A DNA stretch of 32,000 nt from Stenotrophomonas maltophilia phage vB_SmaM_Ps15. Under the pieces are notes generated by a model. The model was not told where the DNA came from. It searched no databases and saw nothing but the letters and a program-made list of their open reading frames with translations. The stretch is taken from sequence record OL702939.1; one strand, written 5' to 3'. The position numbers and the translations under genes are program-made. Below, one piece after another: positions 1 through 7,790 of this stretch. Every line of letters begins with the position of its first letter. The first letter of the stretch is position 1.

Positions 1-624
1 TACAACGCCTTGCACAAGATGAACTGCAAGCGTGAGCTGGGAATCGAGGTTGACAAGTACGAACACAAGAAGGCGATCTGGATGGCGTTGCACGCATCCT
101 ACGCGCTGGAAGCGATCCGCTTCATGGCGAGTTTCGCTACCACGTTCGGCTTGATGGAGAACAAGAAGTTCATCGGTAACGGCACAACCGTTGAGCTGAT
201 CCTCCAGGACGAAATGGTCCATACCGAGATGTGCGCGTGGATCATCAATCAGATTGTCAAGGATGATCCGGACTTCACCAAGATCCAGCAAGAGATGGCA
301 GATGAAGTCTACGAGATGTATATGAACGTGATCCGTGAGGAGATCGAGTGGGCAGGCTATCTGTTCCAGGAAGGTCCGATCATCGGCTTGAATGAGAAGA
401 TCGTCATCATGTTCATTCATTGGATCGCCGCGCTCAAGCTGAAGGAAGTGGGAATCAAGTACCGCTCGCCTGACGTGCCGAAGACCCATCCGATTCCGTG
501 GTATGAAGGACACGTCCACCTCAAGGATAAGCAGGTCGCTCGTCAAGAGAAGGAAGACACCAGTTACGTCATCGGTGTCCTGACCCCGGAAGTGCGGTAT
601 GAAGAACTGAGACCACTGGAGTAA
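1..624 (+). CDS. nrdB: ribonucleotide reductase small (beta) subunit, C-terminal part (5' end outside window)
   Basis: Frame 1 is open from the window edge to TAA 622-624. SFATTFGL...ELILQDEMVHTE (ExxH di-iron ligand motif) is typical of class I RNR beta. A redoxin gene lies just downstream. Confidence 0.85.
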   Translation, partial: YNALHKMNCKRELGIEVDKYEHKKAIWMALHASYALEAIRFMASFATTFGLMENKKFIGNGTTVELILQDEMVHTEMCAWIINQIVKDDPDFTKIQQEMADEVYEMYMNVIREEIEWAGYLFQEGPIIGLNEKIVIMFIHWIAALKLKEVGIKYRSPDVPKTHPIPWYEGHVHLKDKQVARQEKEDTSYVIGVLTPEVRYEELRPLE

Positions 625-627
625 GCC

Positions 628-888
628 ATGGCAGTAAAGCCGAACCTAGACCAGCAAGTAGCACTAGCCCTGAGTAGCTTCGGCTTTCCTGACGGGCTGA
701 TGAGTTTCGCCGCGAAGACGCAGAAAGAGGATGACGCCGCCTTTGGTTTGCAGGAGTTCCTGCGGACCATTGGCTTCACTCCCAAGCGTAGCGGAAACTG
801 GGTGAAACTGAAGAAGGGCAAGTACACGTTCGACTTCAATCTGGAAAATAGCTGGCGCAAGACCAGCTGGACACTTGAAATCAAGTAA
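628..888 (+). CDS. hypothetical protein (86 aa)
   Basis: ATG with GGAG upstream, 3 nt after the nrdB stop; codon usage matches neighbours. Confidence 0.6.
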   Translation: MAVKPNLDQQVALALSSFGFPDGLMSFAAKTQKEDDAAFGLQEFLRTIGFTPKRSGNWVKLKKGKYTFDFNLENSWRKTSWTLEIK

Positions 889-896
889 GGAAGAGT

Positions 897-1127
897 ATGA
901 TTGTTTTGTATTCGATGGACGGATGCCCGCAATGCGTAACCGCGGAGAACATCCTCAAGCAACGTGGTCTCGACTATGAAGTCAAGAAGGTCGGTCGAGA
1001 CATCACCCGAGATGAGCTTGTCGCCTTGCTACCAGTCGGCGAGCGTCAGATGCCACAGTTTGAGATTGATGGCAAGATCATCGGTAGCATCAATTCATTC
1101 CAAGCACACATGAGAGGTAACCAATGA
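897..1127 (+). CDS. glutaredoxin/NrdH-like redoxin (CPQC active site)
   Basis: 76 aa thioredoxin-fold pattern MIVLYSMDGCPQC...; AAGGAAGAG SD; sits next to nrdB. Confidence 0.75.
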   Translation: MIVLYSMDGCPQCVTAENILKQRGLDYEVKKVGRDITRDELVALLPVGERQMPQFEIDGKIIGSINSFQAHMRGNQ

Positions 1128-1231
1128 GCAAGCCGACTTTTGAAGAGCATCTGGCAGAGCGCCAGAAGGCCAAGGACGACGAGAACAAGAAGGTCGAAGA
1201 AAAAGACAAGCCCGATAACCAGCAGGCTTGA
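1124..1231 (+). CDS. small hypothetical protein (35 aa, Lys/Glu-rich)
   Basis: ATGA overlap with the redoxin stop. Found by manual translation; below the ORF-track size cutoff. Confidence 0.4.
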   Translation: MSKPTFEEHLAERQKAKDDENKKVEEKDKPDNQQA

Positions 1232-1256
1232 CTTCCGAGGCTGGAACCCTTATAAT
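1228..1256 (+). promoter_or_regulatory. sigma70-like promoter (TTGACT-17-TATAAT)
   Basis: Consensus -10. The -10 sits in the loop of hairpin 1239-1271. Confidence 0.6.
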
Positions 1257-1276
1257 CTAGGGGTTCCAGCCGTTTT
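1239..1276 (+). terminator. terminator-like hairpin enclosing the -10 box
   Basis: ggctggaaccc (1239-1249) pairs with gggttccagcc (1261-1271), followed by gTTTTg. Confidence 0.5.
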
Positions 1277-1288
1277 GTGAGGTTCGTC

Positions 1289-1639
1289 ATGGTAAGTCTG
1301 ATCTACACATCAGCATCAACGTACAAGCCCAAGAAGAAGCGAAAGCCGAAGGGCGAAGTGTTCCAGAAGTACAAGCCGGATAAGTCGTTCAAGCCATTGA
1401 CGACAACTCCGTCTCGTCCGATCCGCCAGTCGGATCAGTACAAGTCTGCAGCGATGCCTGCAGCAAAGCCGGTTCTCCCGGTTCGTTATGAAGGTGAGAT
1501 GGCTGAGCGAGAAGCTGCAGCCCAGCGCGAGATTGAGCGCAAAAAGACGATGGTCGCTCCGATGTACTCGAAGGGTGGCTATCAATATGTGGGTGATGTT
1601 CCGCCCGAAATCGTGAAAACCCTAGGGAGAAAAGTATGA
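1289..1639 (+). CDS. hypothetical protein (116 aa, Lys-rich N-terminus)
   Basis: ATG 6 nt after GAGG, downstream of promoter 1228-1256; the track ORF starts at GTG 1277. Confidence 0.6.
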   Translation: MVSLIYTSASTYKPKKKRKPKGEVFQKYKPDKSFKPLTTTPSRPIRQSDQYKSAAMPAAKPVLPVRYEGEMAEREAAAQREIERKKTMVAPMYSKGGYQYVGDVPPEIVKTLGRKV

Positions 1640-2079
1640 GCATGCCACGCTTTGATAAGAAGTATCTCGTCCTGGTCGAATCGTGGGTTGGCGATGCCGA
1701 CCACTACGCCGTGGATACCTTTGAGGTCGATGATCTCAAGCACGCGGAAGTCATCTATGACCTCGGTGCAGCACTGGGACGCAACTATGCACCCAATCCG
1801 ACCGTGGACGGTGAGAATGGTTTCGGCGGTCGTGGCTTCACCGATGCGAACCTCCAGAAGCTGTATGATGCCTTGCGACTGAAGCACGGCGCCGCTGTCG
1901 ATGCGCTCCTGCGCTGGGAAGGCGCGCCGGATGATATGACCGACGTCGAGATCCTGCGCGAGAACATCGGCGAGTTCTTCGCTTCGGTGGGTGAAGGCTA
2001 CTACGACATGAACGACTACTGGCGTACCGTGGAGCAGGTCAAGTTGGTTCGCCTGGACTCCGTGGAGGTGATCAAGTGA
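1636..2079 (+). CDS. hypothetical protein, tandem paralog A (VGDADHY motif)
   Basis: ATGA overlap with the upstream stop. N- and C-termini align with the next gene. Confidence 0.7.
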   Translation: MSMPRFDKKYLVLVESWVGDADHYAVDTFEVDDLKHAEVIYDLGAALGRNYAPNPTVDGENGFGGRGFTDANLQKLYDALRLKHGAAVDALLRWEGAPDDMTDVEILRENIGEFFASVGEGYYDMNDYWRTVEQVKLVRLDSVEVIK

Positions 2080-2507
2080 GCCTGCCATCATTCAAGCGCC
2101 AGTTCGCTGTCTTCATCCGTAGCTACGTCGGCGATGCTGACTACTACGATACGACCGTGTATGAGACAGACCACGAACATCACGCTCGGTTTGTAGTTGA
2201 TCTGGCTGATGCCCTGTCGTCCTATGAGGACTATGATGACGAGAACGGAGAGGAACTGCGCGCCATCATGGACACGCTGTTCTACAATCACGGCGGCGCA
2301 ATGCTGGATGTGGTCTTCAGCCGGAACCCATCTGACTGGCTGCGACAGCTAGCCAAGAACGATCCGGTCGAGATTGAGCGTCTGCAGTTTGAGGAGTTCA
2401 TCCGGAATGTGATCGGACATTGTGGTGAGCATAGCGACTCACAGAAGTTCCGATCAGTCGACCAGATCAAGTTCTTCAAGATCAATTCGGTCGAACAGGT
2501 GAATTGA
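2076..2507 (+). CDS. hypothetical protein, tandem paralog B (VGDADYY motif)
   Basis: GTG start overlapping the upstream TGA (GTGA). MSLPSFKRQFAVFIRSYVGDADYY aligns with MSMPRFDKKYLVLVESWVGDADHY. Confidence 0.7.
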   Translation: MSLPSFKRQFAVFIRSYVGDADYYDTTVYETDHEHHARFVVDLADALSSYEDYDDENGEELRAIMDTLFYNHGGAMLDVVFSRNPSDWLRQLAKNDPVEIERLQFEEFIRNVIGHCGEHSDSQKFRSVDQIKFFKINSVEQVN

Positions 2508-2531
2508 TTTCAATTCATTTCAAGAAAGGGG

Positions 2532-2560
2532 TTGCGTCTAGCCAACCAACCCCTTATAAT
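2532..2560 (+). promoter_or_regulatory. sigma70-like promoter (TTGCGT-17-TATAAT)
   Basis: aaaggggTTGCGT ... TATAAT; overlapped by two interleaved inverted repeats. Confidence 0.55.
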
Positions 2561-2588
2561 AGACGCATACCCCAAAGGAGTAGCGGAA

Positions 2589-3602
2589 ATGGCACGAGGT
2601 AAGAAGGGCTTGCAGGCGGACCTGATCGCAGCGGCGACTGGCAAGCATTCGGAACCCGAGTGGAACATCCTGACCCCGCCGGGCAAGCTGGAATTGGCGA
2701 AAGCCCTCAACTTCTACAATTACAACTTCGATGAAAAGGCGAAGAAGAAGTGGGCAATGACGTGGCTGAAGAAGCATCGTCCGGAACTGTACAGCCAGGC
2801 AGACAAGGCGCCGATGTACATGTTCGCCACCTTCGCAGTGTTCATGCGGATGGAATCGAGGGGCTTGGTGCTCGAGGATAAGTACAAGGCTCAGATGATC
2901 GAGTGGGCAGAGAGCCTGGGTCCTCGCAAGTCGGATGACGACGAGGACGAGAAGCCGAAGCCCGTGAAGATCAAAAAGGTGCGACTGGACTTCAACATGC
3001 AGGCGCTGGACGACATTCTGGACGCGGTCCTCAGTGGTGAGGAACTGGTTCCGGAGTTCGATTCGTCCAAGCCTTTCGGCGCGGTCATCAAGTACTGCGA
3101 AGAACAGCTGGAGCTGATCCGTGAGGACAATCAGCAGTATCCGAAGCACATGAAGAAGTTCTTCAAGTCGATCCTGGAACGCGCCAACAGCGTCGCGCAG
3201 ATCGTGAAGACCCGCAAGGTCGTCCGGAAGCCGCGCAAGGTGGACCCGCTGAAGATGACCGCCAAGGTCAAGTACAGCAAGCGTTACGAGGATCTGAAGA
3301 TTGACGGCATGAAGCCGAGCGAAGTGGTTGGCAAGAAGAAGCTGTTCATCTTCGATACCAAGTATCGTCGCTTCTTCAAGCTGGTAGCCACCGAAGCAGG
3401 GTTCGTGTTCAGCGGCACCACGCTGGCGAACATTGACCTGGCGAAGTCGAGCAGCAAGACGGTTCGTAAGCCGGAAGAAGCCCTGAAGTCTGGAATGGGC
3501 ATCCGGGAGCTGGATCGTTCCTACGGTCTGATCAAGGGTAAGGAGTTCGAGCTGACCGGTGTCCGCTTCAACGACAACATCCTGATCATCAACGCGAGTT
3601 AA
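2589..3602 (+). CDS. hypothetical protein (337 aa, Lys-rich)
   Basis: ATG 8 nt after AAGGAG, downstream of promoter 2532-2560. No motif recognised. Confidence 0.7.
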   Translation: MARGKKGLQADLIAAATGKHSEPEWNILTPPGKLELAKALNFYNYNFDEKAKKKWAMTWLKKHRPELYSQADKAPMYMFATFAVFMRMESRGLVLEDKYKAQMIEWAESLGPRKSDDDEDEKPKPVKIKKVRLDFNMQALDDILDAVLSGEELVPEFDSSKPFGAVIKYCEEQLELIREDNQQYPKHMKKFFKSILERANSVAQIVKTRKVVRKPRKVDPLKMTAKVKYSKRYEDLKIDGMKPSEVVGKKKLFIFDTKYRRFFKLVATEAGFVFSGTTLANIDLAKSSSKTVRKPEEALKSGMGIRELDRSYGLIKGKEFELTGVRFNDNILIINAS

Positions 3603-3605
3603 GCG

Positions 3606-4106
3606 ATGGCAAGAGTAGACGCAAAGATTCTGATGGAAGCCCGGTTCCAAACCGGGAAGACAGGCGGACAGAAGACGCCTGGGCAGGACCCGAAGATCGC
3701 CGGTGTGAATCAGTCCACATCGCTGATCCAGGACGCATCCCCAATGGATGCCGTGTCGGTGACGAAACAGAACCGCAAGACTGCAATCCTCGTGTCGCCC
3801 TTCATGTCGGAAGACCCGGCAACGGCGACCAAGGCGTACCGGTACGCAATGCGCGCGGTTCAGGACAGCCTCCGACGCGGCGAAGCACCGATGGCAACGC
3901 ACGCCTTCTTCTACGACTCGCTGTCGTACAAGAACCCGGTTGAGCGTGACATGGGTCTCCAGTGTCAGATCAGCTGGCTGAAGAAGGCTGAGATGTTGAT
4001 TGTGTACACCGACGGCGGTATCACTCCGGCAATGCAGACCATCATCAACAGCGGCGAGATCAAGAACAAGCGAATTGAGTACAGGACAATCGGAAGTTTC
4101 ACTTGA
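3606..4106 (+). CDS. hypothetical protein, possibly nucleoside 2-deoxyribosyltransferase-like fold (DUF4406/DUF7768-like)
   Basis: Resemblance is from memory only: ILVSPF...RYAMRAV...GEAPMATHAFF...KKAEMLIVYTDGGITPAM. The start codon is uncertain (weak SD). Confidence 0.5.
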   Translation: MARVDAKILMEARFQTGKTGGQKTPGQDPKIAGVNQSTSLIQDASPMDAVSVTKQNRKTAILVSPFMSEDPATATKAYRYAMRAVQDSLRRGEAPMATHAFFYDSLSYKNPVERDMGLQCQISWLKKAEMLIVYTDGGITPAMQTIINSGEIKNKRIEYRTIGSFT

Positions 4107-4131
4107 CATCCTGATGTAGTGACGTTACAAT
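4103..4131 (+). promoter_or_regulatory. sigma70-like promoter (TTGACA-17-TACAAT)
   Basis: The -35 overlaps the stop codon of gene 3606..4106; AAGGAG and ATG 4159 lie downstream. Confidence 0.65.
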
Positions 4132-4158
4132 CTTTATGAACATTCAAGGAGACGCCTT

Positions 4159-4557
4159 ATGCAGAACGTAGCCGTGCCGCCCACTCACTTCGTGCCACCG
4201 ACCCACAATTTCACTCCGAAGGAGTGGAACATCTCGGAACCGGATCAGCGCGTGTACGTCGGCGATTTCATCGTCATCCAGGGTTACACCGTATGCGTCA
4301 CCAAGGTGGGCATGGAGACCGGTCAGTTGATCTCTGTCCCGTCCATGGATCGCTACAGCGATGCCACGTTCGACCTGCAGTATGACCCGGAAGTGCCGAA
4401 GCCGGAAGAGTTCATCTCGGACTTCGAGCGTTCCAAGCCGGTGGGTCTGGATCTGACTCGCGGTCGCTTCTTCATCACCGAGACTGACCTGACCAACTTC
4501 CTGAAGTGGACCAATGGTCATGCGACCTCGTGGCGTCGCTGGGGTGGCTCGGTATGA
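4159..4557 (+). CDS. hypothetical protein (132 aa)
   Basis: AAGGAG SD, downstream of promoter 4103-4131. Confidence 0.65.
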   Translation: MQNVAVPPTHFVPPTHNFTPKEWNISEPDQRVYVGDFIVIQGYTVCVTKVGMETGQLISVPSMDRYSDATFDLQYDPEVPKPEEFISDFERSKPVGLDLTRGRFFITETDLTNFLKWTNGHATSWRRWGGSV

Positions 4558-5846
4558 TCTACGATATCCTGCAGCGAGTCGCATCGACCAGCAGCAAGCT
4601 GGAAAAGATCGCGATCCTGACCGCCAGCAAAGACGAGCCTCTACTGAAGGATGTGTTCTTCCTGACGTACGATAAGCAGACCAACTTCTACACCACCAAG
4701 GTGCCGGACTCGGTCTACTGGGGCACAGCCGATACGTTCATCTCTTTGGCTGAAGCCCTGTCGTCGCTGACGCGCCTGTCGAAGCGAGAGATCACCGGCA
4801 ATGCAGCCGAACTCTGGCTGGCGGAACAGTTCACGAAACTGAACCCGTTCGACGCTTCGATCTTCTCCCGAGTGATCCTGCGTGACCTCCGAATCGGCGC
4901 GACAGCTGGCACGGCGAACAAGGTCTGGGAAGGCTTGATCCCGAAGCCGGACTTCATGCTGGCGGAGACGGACCCGAAGAAGATCGTGTATCCGGCTATC
5001 AGCCAGAACAAGGAAGACGGCGCCCGCAGCAAGTTCCAGTACGCTGGTCCGGTCAACGGTGTCACTCTGGTCAGTCGCAACGGCAACGAGATCATCGTCC
5101 ATGGTGTGTTTGATGCTTGGGCGAACGAGAACCTTTTCGCAGGTGATGATCTGGACGGCGAACTGATCGCGGTCGACAAGGACGGCAAGCGCCTGCCCCG
5201 GAAGATCGGCAACGGTATCGTCAACAAGGCAATCAAGGGCACGATCAGCCTGGAGGAAGCACAGTCGCTGCGGTTCGTGGTGTGGGACATTGAGACCCGC
5301 CCAGAGATGCCGTATGAGGATCGCCTGGCATGGCTGACCGAGCGAGTGACGGAGAACACCACGGTCATCCTGATCGAAGGTGAAGAAGTCAAGAGCTACG
5401 AGGAAGCCGTTGCCCACTTCAAGTCGCGCCGCAAGCTCGGTCTGGAAGGCACGATCCTCAAGAACAAGCACGCGTTCTGGCAGCCGCGTCGGTCCTTCGA
5501 CATTGTCAAGTTCAAGGCGGAAGTCGAGATTGACATGAAGGTTGTTGGCGTCGAAGAAGGCAAGGGAAAGAACAAGGGACGCCTGGGCGCATTGGTGGTC
5601 GCATCGCAAGATGATCGTATCACTTGCAGCGTGGGCATCTTCAAGGACTTCCCGGATTCGATCCGCGACGAGTGGTTCACCGATCCGCCGCCTTTCGTGA
5701 CCGTGCTCTACAACGAACGCATCAGCAAGAAGGGATCACCGACCGAGTCCTTGTTCCTGCCCCGCGTGACTGCTGGTCGCTGGGACAAGACGGAAGGCGA
5801 CACCTACGAACGCATCCTGGAAATCGAGAGGAGCACCCTGGAATGA
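4554..5846 (+). CDS. lig: ATP-dependent DNA ligase
   Basis: ATGA overlap start. Motif I KEDGAR (KxDGxR adenylation lysine), LDGELI, EGTILK, VKFK. 430 aa. Confidence 0.85.
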   Translation: MIYDILQRVASTSSKLEKIAILTASKDEPLLKDVFFLTYDKQTNFYTTKVPDSVYWGTADTFISLAEALSSLTRLSKREITGNAAELWLAEQFTKLNPFDASIFSRVILRDLRIGATAGTANKVWEGLIPKPDFMLAETDPKKIVYPAISQNKEDGARSKFQYAGPVNGVTLVSRNGNEIIVHGVFDAWANENLFAGDDLDGELIAVDKDGKRLPRKIGNGIVNKAIKGTISLEEAQSLRFVVWDIETRPEMPYEDRLAWLTERVTENTTVILIEGEEVKSYEEAVAHFKSRRKLGLEGTILKNKHAFWQPRRSFDIVKFKAEVEIDMKVVGVEEGKGKNKGRLGALVVASQDDRITCSVGIFKDFPDSIRDEWFTDPPPFVTVLYNERISKKGSPTESLFLPRVTAGRWDKTEGDTYERILEIERSTLE

Positions 5847-6199
5847 AGGTACTACTGAACGACCTGGTCTATGATGTGGTGGACGTGAACATCACCACAG
5901 ACGAGCACTTCGATCCGAACTGCGACGTGTGTACTCAGTACCTCGAGTACTTCGATGAAAGCCTGAACCGCCTCGGTGAGTTTCGGTTCACCACGGTCAA
6001 GGAGCCTTTCCTGCAGCGTGATGAAGGTGGCAAGCTCTATGTAACCGTGAAGAACGGTGACCTGGAAGGCGTGGTCGAGTGGTTCATCGACCAGATGGGA
6101 GAAGTGGGCAAGTTTGCCCATGTGTACAGCGTGGAACTGAAAACGGCTGATGGCATCGTCCATCGTGTACTGACTGATTATGAGGAGAATGAAGCATGA
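5843..6199 (+). CDS. hypothetical protein (118 aa)
   Basis: ATGA overlap with the ligase stop. The longer track ORF (from 5624) overlaps the ligase out of frame. Confidence 0.65.
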   Translation: MKVLLNDLVYDVVDVNITTDEHFDPNCDVCTQYLEYFDESLNRLGEFRFTTVKEPFLQRDEGGKLYVTVKNGDLEGVVEWFIDQMGEVGKFAHVYSVELKTADGIVHRVLTDYEENEA

Positions 6200-6483
6200 C
6201 TTTCAAACGTGATCTGTCTGACCTGCGAGTAGAGCTGGTCACCTTGCAGAAGCGCAAGAACGAACTCACCGAGAAGGTGCTGAACGTTGTCACGGCGGCA
6301 GCCGTCAAGGCCATCGAAGATATGCCGGAAGATGGTGACGAGGACGAGGTGATCGAAGATCAGATCCGTGACGTCCTGTATGACTCGGATGTCAACGAGT
6401 ATCTGGGCGGTGATGTGCTTGTGTACCATAACGGTGTAGAAGTCGTTGTGGAATTTGAAGAATGGGAATCGAGCCACTGCTGA
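6196..6483 (+). CDS. acidic small protein, family member 1 (C-terminus EWESSHC)
   Basis: ATGA overlap; GAGGAG inside the repeated 14-mer tgaggagaatgaag (6181-6194). Confidence 0.65.
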   Translation: MTFKRDLSDLRVELVTLQKRKNELTEKVLNVVTAAAVKAIEDMPEDGDEDEVIEDQIRDVLYDSDVNEYLGGDVLVYHNGVEVVVEFEEWESSHC

Positions 6484-6494
6484 GGAGAATGAAG

Positions 6495-6761
6495 ATGACT
6501 GACAAGACCCAAGAAATCCGCGACGCGATTGACGAGATCGAGAGCAAGTACTTCGCCGGCGCCCGCCAATGCACTGCCGCACAGAAAGAGTTCATGGACT
6601 ACGTGCGCAAGCTGGAGTCGACCGGCGATGAAGAAGAGGATGAACGCCTGGAAGAGTATGTGAACGACACCCGCTACAACATCGGTCTGACCGAAGTGTA
6701 CAAGTCGTTCAGCCTGGAACGCGCCTCCGAGTTTGAAGCGTGGGAACCCAGTACATGCTGA
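6495..6761 (+). CDS. acidic small protein, family member 2 (C-terminus AWEPSTC)
   Basis: ATG 7 nt after GAGGAG in the second copy of the 14-mer (6481-6494). Confidence 0.65.
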   Translation: MTDKTQEIRDAIDEIESKYFAGARQCTAAQKEFMDYVRKLESTGDEEEDERLEEYVNDTRYNIGLTEVYKSFSLERASEFEAWEPSTC

Positions 6762-7012
6762 TGGGCTATCGCTGGCAGTGGTGGGCACTCTTGCCCATCT
6801 CACTGCTCTGCACTCTGATATCCGCAGTTTTGTACTTGATCGAATTTGCGATTGAGGTTACACTAAGGGTATCGAGATACGCGCTCGCTGCATGGTTGCC
6901 GATCTCAGGCTGGATCTACACCAAAGCCTGGGGTAAGCAGACCAAGGCAATTACCAGGCAGATGAATCGCGCTCGGTGGTACAAGTACAACGCATCCGTC
7001 ACTCACTGTTAA
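6755..7012 (+). CDS. small membrane protein (hydrophobic segments; C-terminus SVTHC)
   Basis: Hydrophobic WWALLPISLLCTLISAVLYLIEFAI. Start is ambiguous (ATG 6755, or ATG 6761 overlapping the upstream TGA). Locally lower GC. Confidence 0.5.
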   Translation: MLMGYRWQWWALLPISLLCTLISAVLYLIEFAIEVTLRVSRYALAAWLPISGWIYTKAWGKQTKAITRQMNRARWYKYNASVTHC

Positions 7013-7025
7013 CAGGAGATACATC

Positions 7026-7322
7026 ATGAGCAATCGTCAAATCAACCCCCGCGTCGCCGCCTTCCTGGAAGCCAACAAGGACAACCTGGAGGAAGCGAAG
7101 AAGCTGAAGGCTCGACTGGAAGAGCTGTTCTCCACGTTCGATTCCCAGTTCGATGAACTGCCGGAAGACGATCTTCCGACCTGGTACAACGAGGAAGAAG
7201 AGGACTACGAGGGTGATCTGGAAGAGACCCGCTACGCGATCACGGAAGCCGCCGAGGTGTTCGGACGCGGATTCAGCGGCGAAGAAGGTTACCTGTGGAC
7301 TCCGAGCACGACGATCTGCTGA
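7026..7322 (+). CDS. acidic small protein, family member 3 (C-terminus LWTPSTTIC)
   Basis: AGGAG SD. Acidic tract plus a TRYAI motif shared with member 2 (TRYNI). Confidence 0.7.
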   Translation: MSNRQINPRVAAFLEANKDNLEEAKKLKARLEELFSTFDSQFDELPEDDLPTWYNEEEEDYEGDLEETRYAITEAAEVFGRGFSGEEGYLWTPSTTIC

Positions 7323-7618
7323 TGATCGGCAAGCTCTTCAAACTGATCCAGACCAAGGTCGAAGGGATCAAGGCGAAGTTGGGTGGCGGAGAGGTGCAAG
7401 AGCCTCTCCCCACTCCGGACCAAGTCCGTCGCAATGGTCTCACACGTTATGAACGGATGCTGGAAGATTACTGGAAGAAGGAAGGTGATCGTCTCGAGCG
7501 GGAACCATATCGATACAGTACCGCACCTTCAATCCGTAGCTCTGGTAGCTGGGCAACCGATCCATACTTGAGCGCCAACCCGGTCGTGAACCCGGCGCTA
7601 TTCGTCGCAATCTTCTAA
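7322..7618 (+). CDS. hypothetical protein (98 aa)
   Basis: ATG overlaps the upstream TGA (TGATG); the track ORF begins earlier, at 7295. Confidence 0.6.
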   Translation: MIGKLFKLIQTKVEGIKAKLGGGEVQEPLPTPDQVRRNGLTRYERMLEDYWKKEGDRLEREPYRYSTAPSIRSSGSWATDPYLSANPVVNPALFVAIF

Positions 7619-7627
7619 GGAGTCATC

Positions 7628-7747
7628 ATGAAAAAGCTGTACGCAATCGCCGACTGGTTCAAGGGTTTCCGCTACGGCGGTGCGCTCAGCGGCTTCGGTT
7701 ATCTCCTGGAGATCATCCTCCTGAAGATCGAAAAGAATTTCAAATGA
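7628..7747 (+). CDS. small hypothetical protein (39 aa)
   Basis: AAGGAG SD 7 nt upstream. Found by manual translation; below the track cutoff. Confidence 0.45.
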   Translation: MKKLYAIADWFKGFRYGGALSGFGYLLEIILLKIEKNFK

Positions 7748-7761
7748 TTTGAAAACAGGGG

Positions 7762-7790
7762 TTGACAGATCCTAAAGAAGGGTTTAACAT
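7762..7790 (+). promoter_or_regulatory. sigma70-like promoter of the tRNA island (TTGACA-17-TAACAT)
   Basis: ggggTTGACA, 17-nt spacer, TAACAT; flanked by the inverted repeat acagggg/cccctgt; A/T-rich 12-mer aaatgatttgaa upstream. Confidence 0.55.

Noticed and set aside
2538-4109. Very long minus-strand ORFs: 2538..4109 (523 aa), 4641..5609, 12356..13297, 15584..16405, 17581..18387, 19673..20449, 21164..22126 and similar.
   Set aside because: Each lies antisense to a plus-strand gene that has an SD, start-stop coupling or recognisable motifs. Their products are low-complexity (Arg/Leu/His/Val-rich). Such stop-free shadow frames are expected opposite GC3-rich coding sequence.
5624-5842. N-terminal extension of ORF 5624..6199 overlapping the DNA ligase gene (possible overlapping gene or frameshift).
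   Set aside because: The extension is Arg/His/Pro-rich out-of-frame ligase sequence. The ATG at 5843 forms an ATGA overlap with the ligase stop, as in many other junctions here.
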